DNA from: a virus
Strand: one strand, 5' to 3'
Length of the DNA: 64,000 nucleotides
Virus record (IMG/VR): IMGVR_UViG_3300026196_000005
Below the pieces are notes generated by a model, which had not been told where the DNA came from, made no database searches, and saw only the letters and a program-made list of their open reading frames with translations. A program made the translations under genes and the position numbers. Shown here piece by piece: positions 1 through 8,807 of this stretch; the stretch's first letter is position 1; each line of letters begins with the position of its first letter.

Positions 1-52
1 CAAACGTATTTATCCGTCAATGATTATGAGTTATAGAACAAGGTGAAATGAT

Positions 53-262
53 ATGAATCTAAGAACTGATGAAATTGGGCAGGCTGAAAACACATTAAAA
101 GAATTATATACTTCTCTTGTCAAGAAAAAAGAAAAGATTGACGAAGAATATAGTACTGCTAGGGAAGAAGCTAATCGGCTTAGCCGGGTGCAAAGTCAAA
201 TGCAAAATGAGATTAATTCTATTGTTAAAGCGTATAAAGAAATTACTGGTAAAGAGCTATGA
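53..262 (+). CDS. small coiled-coil protein, function unknown
   Basis: 69-aa charged ORF; its stop overlaps the next start (ATGA at 259-262), suggesting translational coupling. Confidence 0.4.
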   Translation: MNLRTDEIGQAENTLKELYTSLVKKKEKIDEEYSTAREEANRLSRVQSQMQNEINSIVKAYKEITGKEL

Positions 263-1302
263 GCAAAATTGATTTAGTAACAGACGGCGATGCTGCTTTT
301 GTGGCTGGTGGATTGAAGGGGATAAAAATACAACATGATGCTGATACAATAATCAAACATGCTTATACCGGTATTGAAAATATGTTTCTTCAAAATGAAG
401 CTAGATTTTTAAAGGCTTTAGATGGTACTGGATTTACTCCGAAATTTATCAAATTTGATTATAGTGATGCTCCCTCTAGTTTATCTCATTTAATAGTTGA
501 AGATTTAGGTAAGTCCGAACCAGTTACAGATGAAACAATTTTCCGTCGCAATTGCGCTTTACTTCTTTACACTCTCAAAAAACACGGCATCCGTCATGGT
601 GACATCTCAACTAAAAACATCATTGTCAAAAACAATAAGCCAATGCTGATTGACTTTCACCAAAGCAAATTTGATAATGAACCGGGGCCAGATAAAAGAC
701 CGGAGGGTGATGCCTTTAATTTGTGGCAAGCTGCTTTGGAATTATCGCCTGACACATCGCGTCATATTCGTAAGTGGCAGGCAATAAGACCCTGCATACA
801 GGGTAACTCTTTAATAGATTTTGGATGTGCTGAGGGTGACTATTTACTTTTTGCTTTAACTGAAAAAGCATCATGGGATATGGGCAGGTTTTGGGGAATG
901 GATCGAGATGTTAGTATTCCTAAATATGGCAACGATGCTTTAAAAGAAGTATGGTTAAGTGGAGAGGTGGAATCAAGTAATATCGTTTGGCCTATTTGTC
1001 ATGGTAATGTTGTTTCTACTAGTCCGATAAAGTATAAAACTGATACTATATTTTTTATGTCAGTATTTGCCCATATTGCCAGGAATGAAAGTTATAATCG
1101 GGCAGAATACACCCTTATGCGGTTGATTGAAAAATCAGATCAATTATTCTTTGAGACTCAACTTGTCGGAGATGGCCCAGGTGTTCACAAAACAGATGAT
1201 GACGTTTACAATATGCTTAAGCAATATGGCAAGGTTGAGAAATTGGTAACAATTCCCGTACACGGTAGGGATGCAAGTAGGACGGTTTGGCGCATAACAT
1301 GA
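259..1302 (+). CDS. fusion protein: kinase-like N-domain plus class I SAM-methyltransferase-like C-domain
   Basis: Kinase catalytic-loop-like HGIRHGDISTKNIIV followed by LIDF (DFG-like). C-terminal LIDFGCAEGDY resembles SAM-binding motif I. Lies directly upstream of a large glycosyltransferase. Confidence 0.5.
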   Translation: MSKIDLVTDGDAAFVAGGLKGIKIQHDADTIIKHAYTGIENMFLQNEARFLKALDGTGFTPKFIKFDYSDAPSSLSHLIVEDLGKSEPVTDETIFRRNCALLLYTLKKHGIRHGDISTKNIIVKNNKPMLIDFHQSKFDNEPGPDKRPEGDAFNLWQAALELSPDTSRHIRKWQAIRPCIQGNSLIDFGCAEGDYLLFALTEKASWDMGRFWGMDRDVSIPKYGNDALKEVWLSGEVESSNIVWPICHGNVVSTSPIKYKTDTIFFMSVFAHIARNESYNRAEYTLMRLIEKSDQLFFETQLVGDGPGVHKTDDDVYNMLKQYGKVEKLVTIPVHGRDASRTVWRIT

Positions 1303-4300
1303 CAATAAAACTTTACATTTCTCCTGACTATACAGGGCAAGAAGGCGACAAACCAGACGGCGGCATTCGGCGGGTAATAGAAGCCATGCAAAAATACTTG
1401 CCTGAATTTGGTATTGAGATTGTCAATACACCAGAAGAAGCCGATATTATTAATGCACATGGGGCAATGCCGGTTACTAAATTTGACAAGCCAATTGTAA
1501 GCTCATGTCATGGTTTATATTGGGCAGATTATGATTGGGGTGCAACAATGCACCGCGTTAATCAGTTGGTTATCGAATCAATGAAACGGGCAAAAGCAAC
1601 GACTGCACCCTCATACTGGGTACGCAATGCCATTACACGGGGCATGTTAATTGACCCAAAAGTCATCTATCACGGTGTAGACATAGATGAATTTACACCT
1701 GATGACAATCCAGCCGACTGGGTATTGTGGAATAAGGCACGGGTTGACCCTATATCCGATCCAGCTCCATTAAATGAATTGGCGCGTCTTATGCCTGATG
1801 TGCGATTTGTTACCACGTATGGGGGTGAGCGGAAAAATGTAAAGATTTTAGATGCTGTACCATATGAGCGCATGAAAAGCATTGTTGCTAAAGCCGGTGT
1901 TTATTTGGCAACGACGCGGGAAACTTTCGGCATTGGCACATTAGAGGCTATGGCTTGTGGCGTGCCTGTAGTTGGATGGGCATTTGGTGGACAGGTAGAA
2001 ATTATTAAGCAAGGTGTAACGGGTTATCTGGTTCCAGAGGGCGATTATGAGCAGCTAGAAAAAGCTATTCGGCTTGCTCTAAAAAACCGCGATGAACTTG
2101 GCAAAAACGCACGGCAAGATGTTATTGAACGGTGGCAATGGCGGGATAAGATTGAACAATATGCCGATGTTTTTAAGTCGGTTTATGATATTCATTGTCA
2201 GCCAAAAGAGCCAAAAGTAAGTGTTATTGTTACGAATTACAACCTAGAAAAATATCTTGAAAGTTGCTTAGATTCAGTTGTGAATCAAACTTTTACCGAT
2301 TATGAATGTTTAATCGTCGATGACTGTTCAACTGATAGCAGTTTAGACATAATCGAATTGTACAATCCTCACAAGCAAATTACCTATCTAAAAACCCCAC
2401 AAAATACAGGGTTATCAGGTGCAAGAAACCTTGGATTCACCCATGCAAAAGGCAAATACATAATCTATTTAGACGCTGATGATATGCTTGCTCCAAATGC
2501 GCTAGAGGTTTTATCCAACGAATTGGATAAAGATCAAGGCATTCATATTGCCTATGGTCATTTAGATTTAATCAACGATGACGGCACGAACCAGCGGCGT
2601 AATGCTAATAAAGATAAAGACTTTTTCCCGCCTGAACAATATAGTTGGCGTGGGCAATTGGCGCATTTGAATCAGTTACCATATGCCGCTATGATGCGTA
2701 GAGAAGTGCTAGAAAACAGCGGCGGGTATCGTGTGCGAGATTCACGTAATGAGGATGCTATTTTTTGGGCGCGTGTTACCTCTTATGGTTATATTGCCAA
2801 GAAAGTTACGCAGGCATCAACTTTAATTTACCGCCTACGTGGTGACAGTAAATCAGCTAATGAGATGCGTAAGTTTGGCAAGGAACCGAACTGGCTAGCA
2901 TGGTTGCCATTTCGCTTTGCCGATAAAGCTAAAGATGGTGAGAAAATAAGCCAGCGGCATAATGGCGAAATTCCCAATGCTCAGATAGTACCATTCGGGG
3001 CGCAAGGTTTGCCGCCTCGTTCGTGGGCAAGATACGGTAAATATTGGAATGTCAGACACCATCAAAACCCGGTATTGTCGGTGATAATTCCAGTAGGGCC
3101 AAACCATAAAGAATATGTTATTGACGCTTTAGATAGTTTGATAGCTCAAGATTTCCAAGACTGGGAAGCCATTGTAGTAAATGATACTGGCGAAAAGTGG
3201 ACAACCATACCGGGTGCATCATATGCCCGAATTGTGACACCAAAAGAAAAACATCCTGATGCGCGTGGTGCGGGTGAAGCGCGTAATGCTGGTGTAAAAG
3301 CTGCCAAGTCTGGATTGATTGTCTTTTTAGATGCTGATGATTATTTATTGCCGGGTGCATTGTCTACCCTGTATGAAGCGTGGCAATCGACGGATGGCAA
3401 TTGTGTAGTTTATGGCGACTGGCTAGTACCTAAAGGCGATGAATTGCCAGACTATTACAAGTCCTATGATTTTACTTGTGACATAAACAGCGATGATGTA
3501 ATTTTGCGACGGATTATTCACCCGGTAACGGCTTTATATCCCAGATGGGCGCATGAAAAAATAGGTGGTTTTAATATCACAATGCCAGCATGGGAAGATT
3601 GGGATTATCAGATTAAGATGTATGCCCAAATTGGCTTATGTGGTTTGCGAGTTGAGGAAGCCATTTTAGCCTATCGTCCAAATACCGGGTTAAGGCGCAA
3701 ATATGCAGCGTTTGAGGAAGCAAGTCCAGAAAAAAAAGCTGCTGTGAAAGCAGAAAATGACAAGCTAAAGAAAATACTTTATAATGAACATATTGATTAT
3801 TACAAGAGGCGCAAACCAATGGCATGCAAAAAATGCCCACAAGGCAAACCGTATAACAAAGCACTGGCAGAATTGCCACAATCTGATTTTGAGGCACTCG
3901 TAGCTAGAAATGGAGATGGTATGATACTTGAATACAAAGGGCCGATGTCTGGCAAATTTACAGTAAAAGGCGGGGCAAGTGGTAAGTCCTATCGAACAAT
4001 GCTAACGAATGATGGCATGTTGCTTTTTGATGTGCATCCTCAAGATGCTGAATCATTGAAACAACGTACACGAAAAGGTCAACCGCTATGGGTTGAGTTT
4101 AGTTTACCAGAGCGAAATACCACATTAAAAACTGAACCGATTAAAAGTAATGCGCCAAAATTGCCTGTCAATGATATTGTTATGGATGACATTTGGGCAG
4201 ATGTACCAGTTAAAGCTGCTGGCATGGGCATTGATTCAAGCAATGTTGAAGCAGCGTTAAATGTCATGGTTCCAGAATTTGATACCATTGATGATTTTCG

Positions 4301-4421
4301 TATTTGGATGAAAACGAATCCAGAACCAGAGGATTTATTGGTTGTTTTGACAACTGAGAAAAATCAGGATAAGCCGCGCAAGACCATCATTAAAGAAATT
4401 AATCGGGCGTTGAATGGATAA
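1287..4421 (+). CDS. multidomain glycosyltransferase (GT4-like plus two GT2-like domains plus C-terminal extension)
   Basis: GT4 E-x7-E motif ETFGIGTLEAMACGVPVVG. Two GT2 signatures (VSVIVTNYN...LIVDDCSTD...YLDADD and LSVIIPVGPN...IVVNDTG...FLDADD). 1044 aa. Confidence 0.85.
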   Translation: MAHNMTIKLYISPDYTGQEGDKPDGGIRRVIEAMQKYLPEFGIEIVNTPEEADIINAHGAMPVTKFDKPIVSSCHGLYWADYDWGATMHRVNQLVIESMKRAKATTAPSYWVRNAITRGMLIDPKVIYHGVDIDEFTPDDNPADWVLWNKARVDPISDPAPLNELARLMPDVRFVTTYGGERKNVKILDAVPYERMKSIVAKAGVYLATTRETFGIGTLEAMACGVPVVGWAFGGQVEIIKQGVTGYLVPEGDYEQLEKAIRLALKNRDELGKNARQDVIERWQWRDKIEQYADVFKSVYDIHCQPKEPKVSVIVTNYNLEKYLESCLDSVVNQTFTDYECLIVDDCSTDSSLDIIELYNPHKQITYLKTPQNTGLSGARNLGFTHAKGKYIIYLDADDMLAPNALEVLSNELDKDQGIHIAYGHLDLINDDGTNQRRNANKDKDFFPPEQYSWRGQLAHLNQLPYAAMMRREVLENSGGYRVRDSRNEDAIFWARVTSYGYIAKKVTQASTLIYRLRGDSKSANEMRKFGKEPNWLAWLPFRFADKAKDGEKISQRHNGEIPNAQIVPFGAQGLPPRSWARYGKYWNVRHHQNPVLSVIIPVGPNHKEYVIDALDSLIAQDFQDWEAIVVNDTGEKWTTIPGASYARIVTPKEKHPDARGAGEARNAGVKAAKSGLIVFLDADDYLLPGALSTLYEAWQSTDGNCVVYGDWLVPKGDELPDYYKSYDFTCDINSDDVILRRIIHPVTALYPRWAHEKIGGFNITMPAWEDWDYQIKMYAQIGLCGLRVEEAILAYRPNTGLRRKYAAFEEASPEKKAAVKAENDKLKKILYNEHIDYYKRRKPMACKKCPQGKPYNKALAELPQSDFEALVARNGDGMILEYKGPMSGKFTVKGGASGKSYRTMLTNDGMLLFDVHPQDAESLKQRTRKGQPLWVEFSLPERNTTLKTEPIKSNAPKLPVNDIVMDDIWADVPVKAAGMGIDSSNVEAALNVMVPEFDTIDDFRIWMKTNPEPEDLLVVLTTEKNQDKPRKTIIKEINRALNG

Positions 4422-4632
4422 ATTGAGTATTCCTTATACGGCAAAAGATGGCGATCTAACCATCGGGGAACTGAGGAAAATCATTAATATGATACCTCTC
4501 GATCTTGATGACAGAAATGTTTGGATAATAGACAGCAGTAGCGGATTATCAAATTGTATTTACGAAGTATTTCCATTAAACAAATCCGAGCGCGGATTTG
4601 ATGTTGTCTTATGTCCAAAATCTGATGATTAA
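4414..4632 (+). CDS. hypothetical protein
   Basis: 72-aa ORF overlapping the preceding stop; no recognisable motif. Confidence 0.35.
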   Translation: MDKLSIPYTAKDGDLTIGELRKIINMIPLDLDDRNVWIIDSSSGLSNCIYEVFPLNKSERGFDVVLCPKSDD

Positions 4633-4936
4633 ATTACTAATTGCTATCCTCGCCACATGGCGGCTATCTGCCATGCTATCTTATGAAGCGGGGCCATTTG
4701 ATATCTTCATTTGGTTACGCGAATTGGTTGGAATTGTGCATGATGATACAGGCGAAATTGTAACGGATGATGGTTCATTTTTTGCCGAATTGTTTACTTG
4801 CATTTGGTGTTTATCGGTTTGGATAGGTGCGTTTGTGGGGATTGTTTTGTGGTTTTACCCGGTATTGGTTGTGTTGTTTTTACCATTTGCACTTTCCGCA
4901 GGTGCAATTTTGATAGAGAGGTTGGCGCGTGGCTAG
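4598..4936 (+). CDS. DUF1360-like small membrane protein
   Basis: ATWRLSAMLSYEAGPFDIF...FTCIWCLSVWIGAFV resembles the DUF1360 pattern; 2-3 predicted TM helices. Confidence 0.45.
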   Translation: MMLSYVQNLMIKLLIAILATWRLSAMLSYEAGPFDIFIWLRELVGIVHDDTGEIVTDDGSFFAELFTCIWCLSVWIGAFVGIVLWFYPVLVVLFLPFALSAGAILIERLARG

Positions 4937-6143
4937 AGCAAGTACCTACACATGGCTTCCCTTAGACCGGTTTTTCAAAATCTTAGGAGCTGATCCATTT
5001 CATACGAATGGCATTTATACCAGCTTACGACCTACTCGTTCAGGTTGTGATGATATGTGGCTTCAATATGACTGGCAAGATGCGCAGCATGTTAGCCGTG
5101 AAAGTTTAGCTGAAGCTATTCAAGATGCTGAAAGTCAGATTGCTAATTATGTTGGCTATAATCTTTTGCCAACTTGGGAAATTGACGAACGGCACAAAAC
5201 GCAATCCCCAGGCGACCCTACGCTTTTTTCCTCTGGATTCAACATACGGGGCCAATATAAAACAATTAGAACAGATAAATATCATGTTATCTCTGGTGGG
5301 CAACGTGCCAAAACTGTAATTGAAGCAGGTGCATCTATTACACGTTCGGATGCTGATGGTGATGGGTATGATGAATTGTGTACTGTTACAGTAGCAACGA
5401 CAGTTACAGATGAAAATGAAATCAGATTATATTATCCCGGTGAATCTGCTGCTGATGAGTGGGAAATTAGACCGCTTAACAGCGTAGTCATTTCAGGTGG
5501 CAATGCTGTTATCACTTTCAAAATCTGGCAAATACCATTGCCTAATTTGTTAGAGGAATTGGACGCTACAGGAATCGACGGCGATACAGCCGCCAATTTC
5601 CTAACTACCGTTGACGCATACCGGGTTTATAATGACCCTGAAACGCAAGTACAATTTATGTGGGAACCATTCCCAAATTGTACTTGCGATACTGGGACTT
5701 GTACGGTTTGCCAGCATGGAACCCAGTATGGTTGTTTGCTTGCCCGCGATTATCGCCTTGGCAGATTTGCTTATTCACCTGCTACTTATGCTGATGGTGC
5801 ATTTACTGAGTCCACTTTTTCAGAATGTCGCGACCCTGACCAATTGCGATTATGGTATATGGCTGGCTGGCAAGATAAAAGTCAGGATAGACCGTGGCAA
5901 CAGCTTGATCCATTCTGGGAAAAAGCAATTGCTTATTTTGCCGTTGCTTTGCTAGACCGTGAAATCTGCGAGTGTGAGCCGCTTATCGTTTTCTGGCAAC
6001 ATTGGCAGCGTGATTTGTCAATGACGGATGCGAGGTCGTTTAATAAAACGTTTGCTGATTTGGGTAATGAGTTTGGCAGTTGGCAAGGTGCAATGTATGC
6101 TTGGAAACGGGCAAATCAGGAAGGCAGGAAAATACCGCGATGA
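4929..6143 (+). CDS. hypothetical protein, possibly virion-associated (Cys-rich middle region)
   Basis: 404-aa ORF between the glycosylation island and the tail genes; CTCDTGTCTVCQHGTQYGC cluster; no family recognised. Confidence 0.4.
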   Translation: MARASTYTWLPLDRFFKILGADPFHTNGIYTSLRPTRSGCDDMWLQYDWQDAQHVSRESLAEAIQDAESQIANYVGYNLLPTWEIDERHKTQSPGDPTLFSSGFNIRGQYKTIRTDKYHVISGGQRAKTVIEAGASITRSDADGDGYDELCTVTVATTVTDENEIRLYYPGESAADEWEIRPLNSVVISGGNAVITFKIWQIPLPNLLEELDATGIDGDTAANFLTTVDAYRVYNDPETQVQFMWEPFPNCTCDTGTCTVCQHGTQYGCLLARDYRLGRFAYSPATYADGAFTESTFSECRDPDQLRLWYMAGWQDKSQDRPWQQLDPFWEKAIAYFAVALLDREICECEPLIVFWQHWQRDLSMTDARSFNKTFADLGNEFGSWQGAMYAWKRANQEGRKIPR

Positions 6144-6315
6144 AAACTAAATTATTTGAAGCCAATGTGCTTTGTGAAATGTCTTCATGGGGTGTTGGTT
6201 TTCAGATTGCCACGACTAAATATAGTAATTGGCGTTTTTCTGCATCTTTAGATTTTCTCTGTTTTTTCTTTGTTATTTGGTTTGGCAAAAAAACAAAGCG
6301 CAATACCGGGTAACT

Positions 6316-6408
6316 TTACAAATAGCCCTGCTTAATTTATAATCAGATAGACATATAAACATAAATATTTTTAGCCCTTAACTCGTCAGGCGAGTTGAGG
6401 GCTTTTTT
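6316..6408 (+). promoter_or_regulatory. sigma70-like promoter (TTACAA-N16-TATAAT) followed by leader hairpin H1 with CGTCAGGCG apex and a T-run
   Basis: TTACAA 6316-6321, TATAAT 6338-6343. 12-bp stem GCCCTTAACTCG/CGAGTTGAGGGC (6374-6402), loop TCAGG, then TTTTTT. GGAGG RBS and ATG follow. Confidence 0.6.
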
Positions 6409-6423
6409 GTTTTGGAGGCAATA

Positions 6424-7938
6424 ATGGGAATTGACCGCGTAATAAGCAAAAGTAGCGATATTCGCGTATGGTTTATTGAAAATCGTGCGAATCCGGCAAA
6501 CAATGCAACGTATCAGGGATTAATGAAGTTTAATGACCCAAGTCAATCCTTAGGCGATGTAACAAAAATTGAGATACCAGATCCTAATCAAGCGGGACGT
6601 TTTATCGAAATTGACGAAATGCAGGGTAGTGAAGAGCGGGTATCATTTGGCATTATGGGACGTTACCCACGTGCCCAATCAGATATGAAACGTCTTGCAG
6701 AAAAACGATGCCAGCTTGACATTCAAGCGCATCTTGGTCGCTGTCGTGACCCGCAAGATTATAACGGTGGTTGGGAAAAAGTTATCTTTTTTGAAGCTAC
6801 CCGACTGACAAATTACTCAATTGAAAACTTTGGTGCAATTGAATCTGGTGAAGATAATCCAACAAACGAATCTGCTGATACCAATGCCGCACGATGGTAT
6901 GAGCGAGTACGTTTGAATTTTGCCGAACGTGCTACAAGCGACACATTTAACGAAGTGGTCGCTGTTCGTGTTTGTGATAGCAACGAGTGCGGTGATTGCG
7001 ATTCCCCCTCCGATGGTTGCCAACGTGTTTTCTCTGTTCAATTGGCGGCTGGCAATTCCCCCGGTGTATCCCCATCTGTAATTTATAGCGATGATGGCCT
7101 TCAAACAAATGGCCTGACTTTTATTGATACCTTGACAAGTTCTCAGGAACCATCTGACGCAGCTTGCATTGGCGATAATTTAGTAGTCATTTCAAATGAT
7201 GCTGGTTCTCTGAATTATGCCAATACGGGTGACATTTTACTGGGTACTGAAACTTGGGTTGAAGTTGCTACTGGTTTTGCCGTTGGTGGTGAACCGAATG
7301 CCATTTGGTCAATTTCTGCACGAGATACCTGGATCGTCGGAGATGGTGGCTATATTTACTACACGAATGACCCAACGGCGGGAGTATCTGCGCAAGATGA
7401 GGGCGTAGCAACTGCCCAAAATCTAGCAGATGTGCATGCTTATGATTCTCAAAATGTGGTCGCTGTAGGTGCATCAAATGCAGTGGTCTATACGAATGAC
7501 GGCGGCGGAACATGGGCAAGTGTAACTGGGCCTGCTGTCGGTGTAAATCTTACGGCGGTTTGGATGAAAGATGTAGACACATGGCTAGTTGGTGATGCTA
7601 ATGGCGCATTATGGTACACGAATAATGCCGGAACTACTTGGACGCAGCGTAATCTACCAATTTCTACTGATGAAATTGACGATATTGTTTTCCCGACTGA
7701 TTCAGTAGGTTATTTGGCCGCTCGTTTATCTGCTCCCGCTGGACGCATTTTAGCCACAATTGACGGTGGTAAAAGCTGGTACGTCATGCCAGAAGGCAGC
7801 GGCGCAATTCCCGACAACGATTACATTAATAGCATTGGTATCTGTTCAAAATCTTCACCCAGTATCGCGGCTAATACAATTTATGCTGGCGGTCTAGGTG
7901 CTGATGGTTCAGATGGCATTTTGCTGAAATTGAGCTAA
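6424..7938 (+). CDS. putative major tail (tube) protein with C-terminal BNR/Asp-box beta-propeller-like domain
   Basis: Sits immediately upstream of the chaperone pair and tape measure. GGAGG RBS 5 nt before ATG 6424 (the ORF track starts at TTG 6412). Asp-box-like repeats YTNDGGGTW, YTNNAGTTW, IDGGKSW. Confidence 0.5.
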   Translation: MGIDRVISKSSDIRVWFIENRANPANNATYQGLMKFNDPSQSLGDVTKIEIPDPNQAGRFIEIDEMQGSEERVSFGIMGRYPRAQSDMKRLAEKRCQLDIQAHLGRCRDPQDYNGGWEKVIFFEATRLTNYSIENFGAIESGEDNPTNESADTNAARWYERVRLNFAERATSDTFNEVVAVRVCDSNECGDCDSPSDGCQRVFSVQLAAGNSPGVSPSVIYSDDGLQTNGLTFIDTLTSSQEPSDAACIGDNLVVISNDAGSLNYANTGDILLGTETWVEVATGFAVGGEPNAIWSISARDTWIVGDGGYIYYTNDPTAGVSAQDEGVATAQNLADVHAYDSQNVVAVGASNAVVYTNDGGGTWASVTGPAVGVNLTAVWMKDVDTWLVGDANGALWYTNNAGTTWTQRNLPISTDEIDDIVFPTDSVGYLAARLSAPAGRILATIDGGKSWYVMPEGSGAIPDNDYINSIGICSKSSPSIAANTIYAGGLGADGSDGILLKLS

Positions 7939-7940
7939 CT

Positions 7941-8495
7941 ATGGAAAAACAATACGAAATTAGTAATCCTGTAGCGGCGGCTGTTGAAGTTGACCAAATA
8001 CAGGCAAGTAAAAATGGTGTAAGTCCTGACACTTTTACCACATCATACGGGGTTAAGTTACGTCTTAAGGCGGTTAACCGTCAATCGCTCGGCTCCATTT
8101 CTGACAAATATCTGCGTGAAAAACCCAAGCCGCCGATTGTGATGATTGAAAGTAAAGGGCGCAAAGAACCAAATCACGATGATCCTGATTTTCAAGACGC
8201 GCTTACTTCGTGGAATCTATCCATGTCAATGGCAATTAGTAACTTTATTTTGCTGCGTGGTACTGAATTAGTATCGGTTCCAGATGGCATGATGACATAT
8301 GATTCTGATGAGTGGCGTTTTGAGATGGAATTAATGAGCAACCTATCTGACAATCCGCGTGCCTGCTATCTTGAATGGTTGCGTGGCGTGGCGTGTACAG
8401 AAAAGGATTCTACAAAACTTTTCCAAATCATTGGCCGTAAATCCAATATTGCACAGGAGGACGTGGAAAGCGCGGCGGCGCAATTTCGGAGTTAA
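7941..8495 (+). CDS. tail assembly chaperone (gpG-like)
   Basis: 184-aa ORF directly upstream of the tape measure, with an overlapping downstream ORF in another frame (canonical G/GT arrangement). Confidence 0.5.
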   Translation: MEKQYEISNPVAAAVEVDQIQASKNGVSPDTFTTSYGVKLRLKAVNRQSLGSISDKYLREKPKPPIVMIESKGRKEPNHDDPDFQDALTSWNLSMSMAISNFILLRGTELVSVPDGMMTYDSDEWRFEMELMSNLSDNPRACYLEWLRGVACTEKDSTKLFQIIGRKSNIAQEDVESAAAQFRS

Positions 8496-8757
8496 GTGGA
8501 ATGGTTCTGATGTTTTGGCGGTTCCATTAAGGAATCGCCTAAACGCATCTATTCATTTTGGGCTAACCATACCGGGTTTTGTACCAGAATTCGAGGAGTG
8601 GGAAGCTGGGACAGCCGCTGGACTTAATATGTGGCAGTGGGAAAGCAATGAGTATCCGACTGAATTCAAAGCGCGGGTAATAGCATGGCATAGATTGCAC
8701 AACAGCATAGAGGCTCATAAAACGGATGTCAGCATACCAAAGCCTAAAAAGAAATGA
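8359..8757 (+). CDS. downstream frame of a putative G/GT frameshift product (gpT-like extension)
   Basis: +1 frame relative to 7941..8495, with a 137-nt overlap. Candidate shift site CAA UUU CGG at 8481-8489. No good independent RBS. Confidence 0.4.
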   Translation: MPAILNGCVAWRVQKRILQNFSKSLAVNPILHRRTWKARRRNFGVKWNGSDVLAVPLRNRLNASIHFGLTIPGFVPEFEEWEAGTAAGLNMWQWESNEYPTEFKARVIAWHRLHNSIEAHKTDVSIPKPKKK

Positions 8758-8760
8758 TAG

Positions 8761-8792
8761 ATACCCTGTATGTTGGCAGGGTATTTTATTTT
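8761..8792 (+). terminator. hairpin built from an inverted pair of the iterated motif, followed by a T-rich run
   Basis: ATACCCTG (8761-8768) pairs with CAGGGTAT (8777-8784), then TTTTATTTT. Confidence 0.5.
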
Positions 8793-8807
8793 AAGGATTT
8801 ATAAAGA

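Noticed and set aside
5106-5955. Nested ORFs 5106..5303 (-), 5125..5319 (+) and 5611..5955 (+) inside 4929..6143, and similar nested ORFs in other long genes
   Set aside because: They lie entirely inside longer ORFs with better coding character, have no RBSs, and give hydrophobic or low-complexity translations.
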